A program made the translations under genes and the position numbers. This document shows positions 51,710-64,000 of a stretch of 64,000 nucleotides of DNA, piece after piece. Each line of letters opens with the position of its first letter. Within the stretch, counting starts at the first letter, position 1. The stretch is from Chrysomallon squamiferum (Eukaryota; Animalia; Mollusca): the NCBI GenBank assembly GCA_012295275.1, contig CM022679.1, positions 4,898,001 to 4,962,000 of the forward strand, read 5' to 3'. The notes below the pieces were generated by a model. It was not told the DNA's origin. It did not search any database and saw nothing but the letters and a program-made list of their open reading frames with translations.

Positions 51710-52578
51710 GGAAGACTGAAAAGCAATTTACTGGTGTTCCACTAAAAAATTAAATGTTAAATATCCAACTGTTCAGTAACATCACTATGAAGCAAATAAA
51801 TCTCAATATACTGACATTTGACCAAAATGAAAAAGCTTAAGCTTAAATTTCGTATTGTTTAACTTGTTAATAAGTTTGATTTTTAAATTTTTTTCTTTAT
51901 ATGTTCAAAATAATGCAGGAAGTGTTTGTGGACATATTTTAAGATCTGTAATAACAAAAATTTAAATATTCCAATATAAAAATTGAGAAATAAATATTTT
52001 ACTTCTAACATATTATACTAATAATGGTATAAAGAAACAACTAATTACATTTTACAATATCACTGAAGATTGCAGTATGATTTGGTTCTGAAATAAAAGA
52101 AGAACAACAATAACATTAATATTAATAAAATAAACAACATCAAAGAATAAATGTGCTACTATAAAAATATTTATTTTCATTTATGTGGTTTTACCTCTTG
52201 ATTTAAAGTCAAAGAAAAGAACTTCAATAATAATAATAAAAACAATATTGCAATACAATTTGCATCATGAAATGAAAACACTTTTGTAAATACATGATTT
52301 CAATTTCATTACAAAGTTTTTGTCATTTAGTAAGCAGCTTGCTTAAGAAAGCAGTTAGGAAGATCTAATTACAATGAAATGGACAGATCTAAACAGACAT
52401 TAATGAATGTACAAATATCATATAACAGAATAAATGCAAATAAAAAGACTCAACCCAGAGATGAGAATAAACAAAAATTACTTTTCATTTAAAACTTGAA
52501 GAATATAATTTTATAAAGATTATGAAGTGAGAAATCTTAAAACAATAACATAAAATAAAATAAAATAAAATAAAATAA

Positions 52579-52636
<58 letters not shown>

Positions 52637-54158
52637 TATGGCTGTATAAATTCATCACAAATCATGCTCATTTTTTGCTTTTACATCAATTACACATAAC
52701 GAAATGAATTAATTAATTTCTATTTGCTTTTCTTTTTTTAAATCACTCAACATTTACATGACATTCAATAGGTCAGTTTATGTACAATTAGCTGTGGGTT
52801 TTAAAAAACATCATTCATTACTTAAATCATTTTTAGAAAACATTTTAAAAACATTTTAAAAAAATGATACACGTTTTGTGTGAATCACAATCCAATCATG
52901 ACTGTGAAATGAAAAAAACATTTAAAAAACTGACAATTAAATTATAATTTTAAACATGGTTTTGTTAACTTACTAAATTAAGTTTTTTTAAAATAATAAA
53001 TGAATTCATTAACCATCATGTTGTTCTTTCAAATTCTTCAGCTATCACAGATAATTCATGAGTTAAATTGGAAAAATGTTCAGAAACACTCTGGAAAATG
53101 TCTTGGCCACATAAATACCGTATCTTATGACACCACCAGAAAGAAAAAAAAGATTTTTGAAACAAACAATAACAGACAAAAAAAACCCCAAAACAATGAA
53201 TTTATAAAGCTAGATATTTTAATATTTTAATAAATATTTAATAGCAATTAGGCCTTTATGTATGCTTTTGAAGAAAGTTACTAAAACCAAAATAAAAAAA
53301 TCAGAATATATTCATCTAAACATATCTTTGTAACCATACAAGCTGTCTAAATGGAAGAGCTTATCAAAATAAAGCTTATGACACAAGAAATATGAATATA
53401 TGCAGCATTCCCAAAATGTGATTTAACTGCTGATTTGATATGCTGTCATTTCTACTATATATCACACTACTTTACATATAACTGTGTCCTGTAAGTATGA
53501 GTATATGTCAATATAGATATACATCTATATTTGTATATGTCACATGATACTATGTGTGTGTGTTTGTACAGATGCATAAATGTGTTCATATGTGTGTCTG
53601 TCTTAATAGGCTTTTATATATTTGTGTGCATATTTATATGTGCTTTATGCAAATATATCTACATGTACATGTGCATACCTATGTGTGTGCATGTATGTGT
53701 CTTTGTGTGCCTCTTTATAACAGCAAAAACTGTTTGTACATTTACAAACAACAATTAATTATTTTCCCATTGATATGTATCACAACTCAACAGTTTAAAA
53801 AAGCAGTTTTAAAATACGGAATGTCATCTGAACACTGTATACATAGCATGATATCTAAAAAAAGAAAAAATCTATATATATATATTTATAAAAGTATTAA
53901 ACAATGTTGTAAAAAAATTTTTAAATCTTTTGGCACGTTTACATTTTCCTTTGTTCTTTTGCCTGGTAAATAAGTAGATGTTTTTAACTATTTATTGTTT
54001 CCCTGGTGTCAAAAGCATGTAAATATTTATATTTCTTACACAAAAATAAAGATGATCCATCACATTGAACCAGGTCTTAAGTCACATTATGTGATATCAA
54101 ATATATTTAAAGATCATTTCAGGTCTTTGGAAAAAAAAGTAATAACAACAATAATAAC

Positions 54159-54196
<38 letters not shown>

Positions 54197-55235
54197 AAAA
54201 TAAAAAAACAAATAAAAATTATTTTGTCTTGTTTTTCTTTTGTTTTTTTAAAAATAACTTAAAAAGAAATAAAAACAGCTTGCTATCTTGTAATATTATA
54301 CATATTACATACATAAAAACATACAGACACACATAAAATGACTTTCCTTTAAGGAGAATAATTATATAAAACATAGAACACTCAATATCAATCAAGATGA
54401 ACATTAAAAAATACAAAAAATGCACAAAATACAAAAAAAAAAAAAAATAATAATTGTGCTTACTGAAATGGAAAAAACAACTCCAAAAACCAACAGTCAC
54501 ATGGTAAATCTAAAGACAAATGTTTATTGTTACATAATTTAGTCTTTTAAGTATGACTAGAGTGGTTTACAGAAAATAATATATTTTTTTTGTTATAATT
54601 TTGTTTTATTTTTCTTTCTATCAGTTTTTGCATCGTGTCATAAATGATTCAAATTAAAAAAAAAAAAAAAAAATCTTAAGAACTGCCTCTTTACATAATG
54701 ATGTTTTATATTCTATACTGATTTTTTAAAATCAAGAATACACTAAATTTCTCTTAAAAAAACTATAATTTTAGAATTAAAAAAAATTAAATTACTAATT
54801 ATTATTTTTGCATATTCTCTGCATTCAGATTTATTTAATATGACAGTGATGATAAAGATATAGAATAAAAATACTCTTAAAACAATACTATAATAATAAA
54901 AATATTGCACATTAACAAAAATTAAAGACCTTGATATCGTTGGCAGCCTCAAACACACAATTCAAACACTATTAAGCATAAAAGGCATACTTATGCTGAG
55001 TTTTAAAACTGCTCTTTCACAGTTCATCCAATCAGGAAGAAGACAAGACTGGTTCACTTAATCCAATGAACAAGAAGAAATTCCAACCAGTGACATAAAG
55101 TCACAACAACACAGACTGTTCAATCAGAGAAGACTATGAAAAAACTTTCCAGTTAACTGTTGTGAACAGTCAGCAGTTATCATTGACTGTTAATCTGGTT
55201 TTGATTTATTTTTTTGTTTTCCTTAAATTAGACTT

Positions 55236-63759
<8,524 letters not shown>

Positions 63760-64000
63760 TTATGTTAATAAGTGAAAGAAATTCTTACAAAATTCATAAT
63801 AATTCTTGTAAACATAAAAAGATTCTAGTCAAAAGGATTTTATATAAGCGAATTTGCAAATAGTGCACTGCTTGAATAGATCGTTCTGTAAATTCTAGAT
63901 ATATTAAAAAATAGATGTGACAAAACATTATGTTTAAAAATTGTTGAAACAATTAACATCCTACCAAAAACGTTATTTAATTTTTTTTTTTTTTTTTTAA

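Overview
AT-rich, microsatellite-dense, intron-rich metazoan DNA; mollusc/cephalopod-like by style, which is inference only. Protein-coding content: the 3' part of CLCN7 (16 exons, minus strand, 55236-63753, 5' exons outside the window); a complete 4-exon CDR2/CDR2L-family gene (minus strand, 44978-50970, 453 aa); and nine in-phase exons of an uncharacterised Cys-containing, probably GPI-anchored surface glycoprotein (plus strand, 33477-38623). The standout is 3.1-12 kb: six same-strand (minus) units of three types in the order A-B-B-C-A-C. Each has a TATA box and ends in a replication-dependent-histone-type 3' stem-loop plus a purine-rich downstream element (HDE), yet none encodes a histone. 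The bodies look like structured RNAs: A has a ~220-nt rod hairpin, B an array of ~80-nt repeats carrying a conserved hairpin, and C a ~215-nt folded RNA. Most ORFs in the supplied track are microsatellite artefacts.
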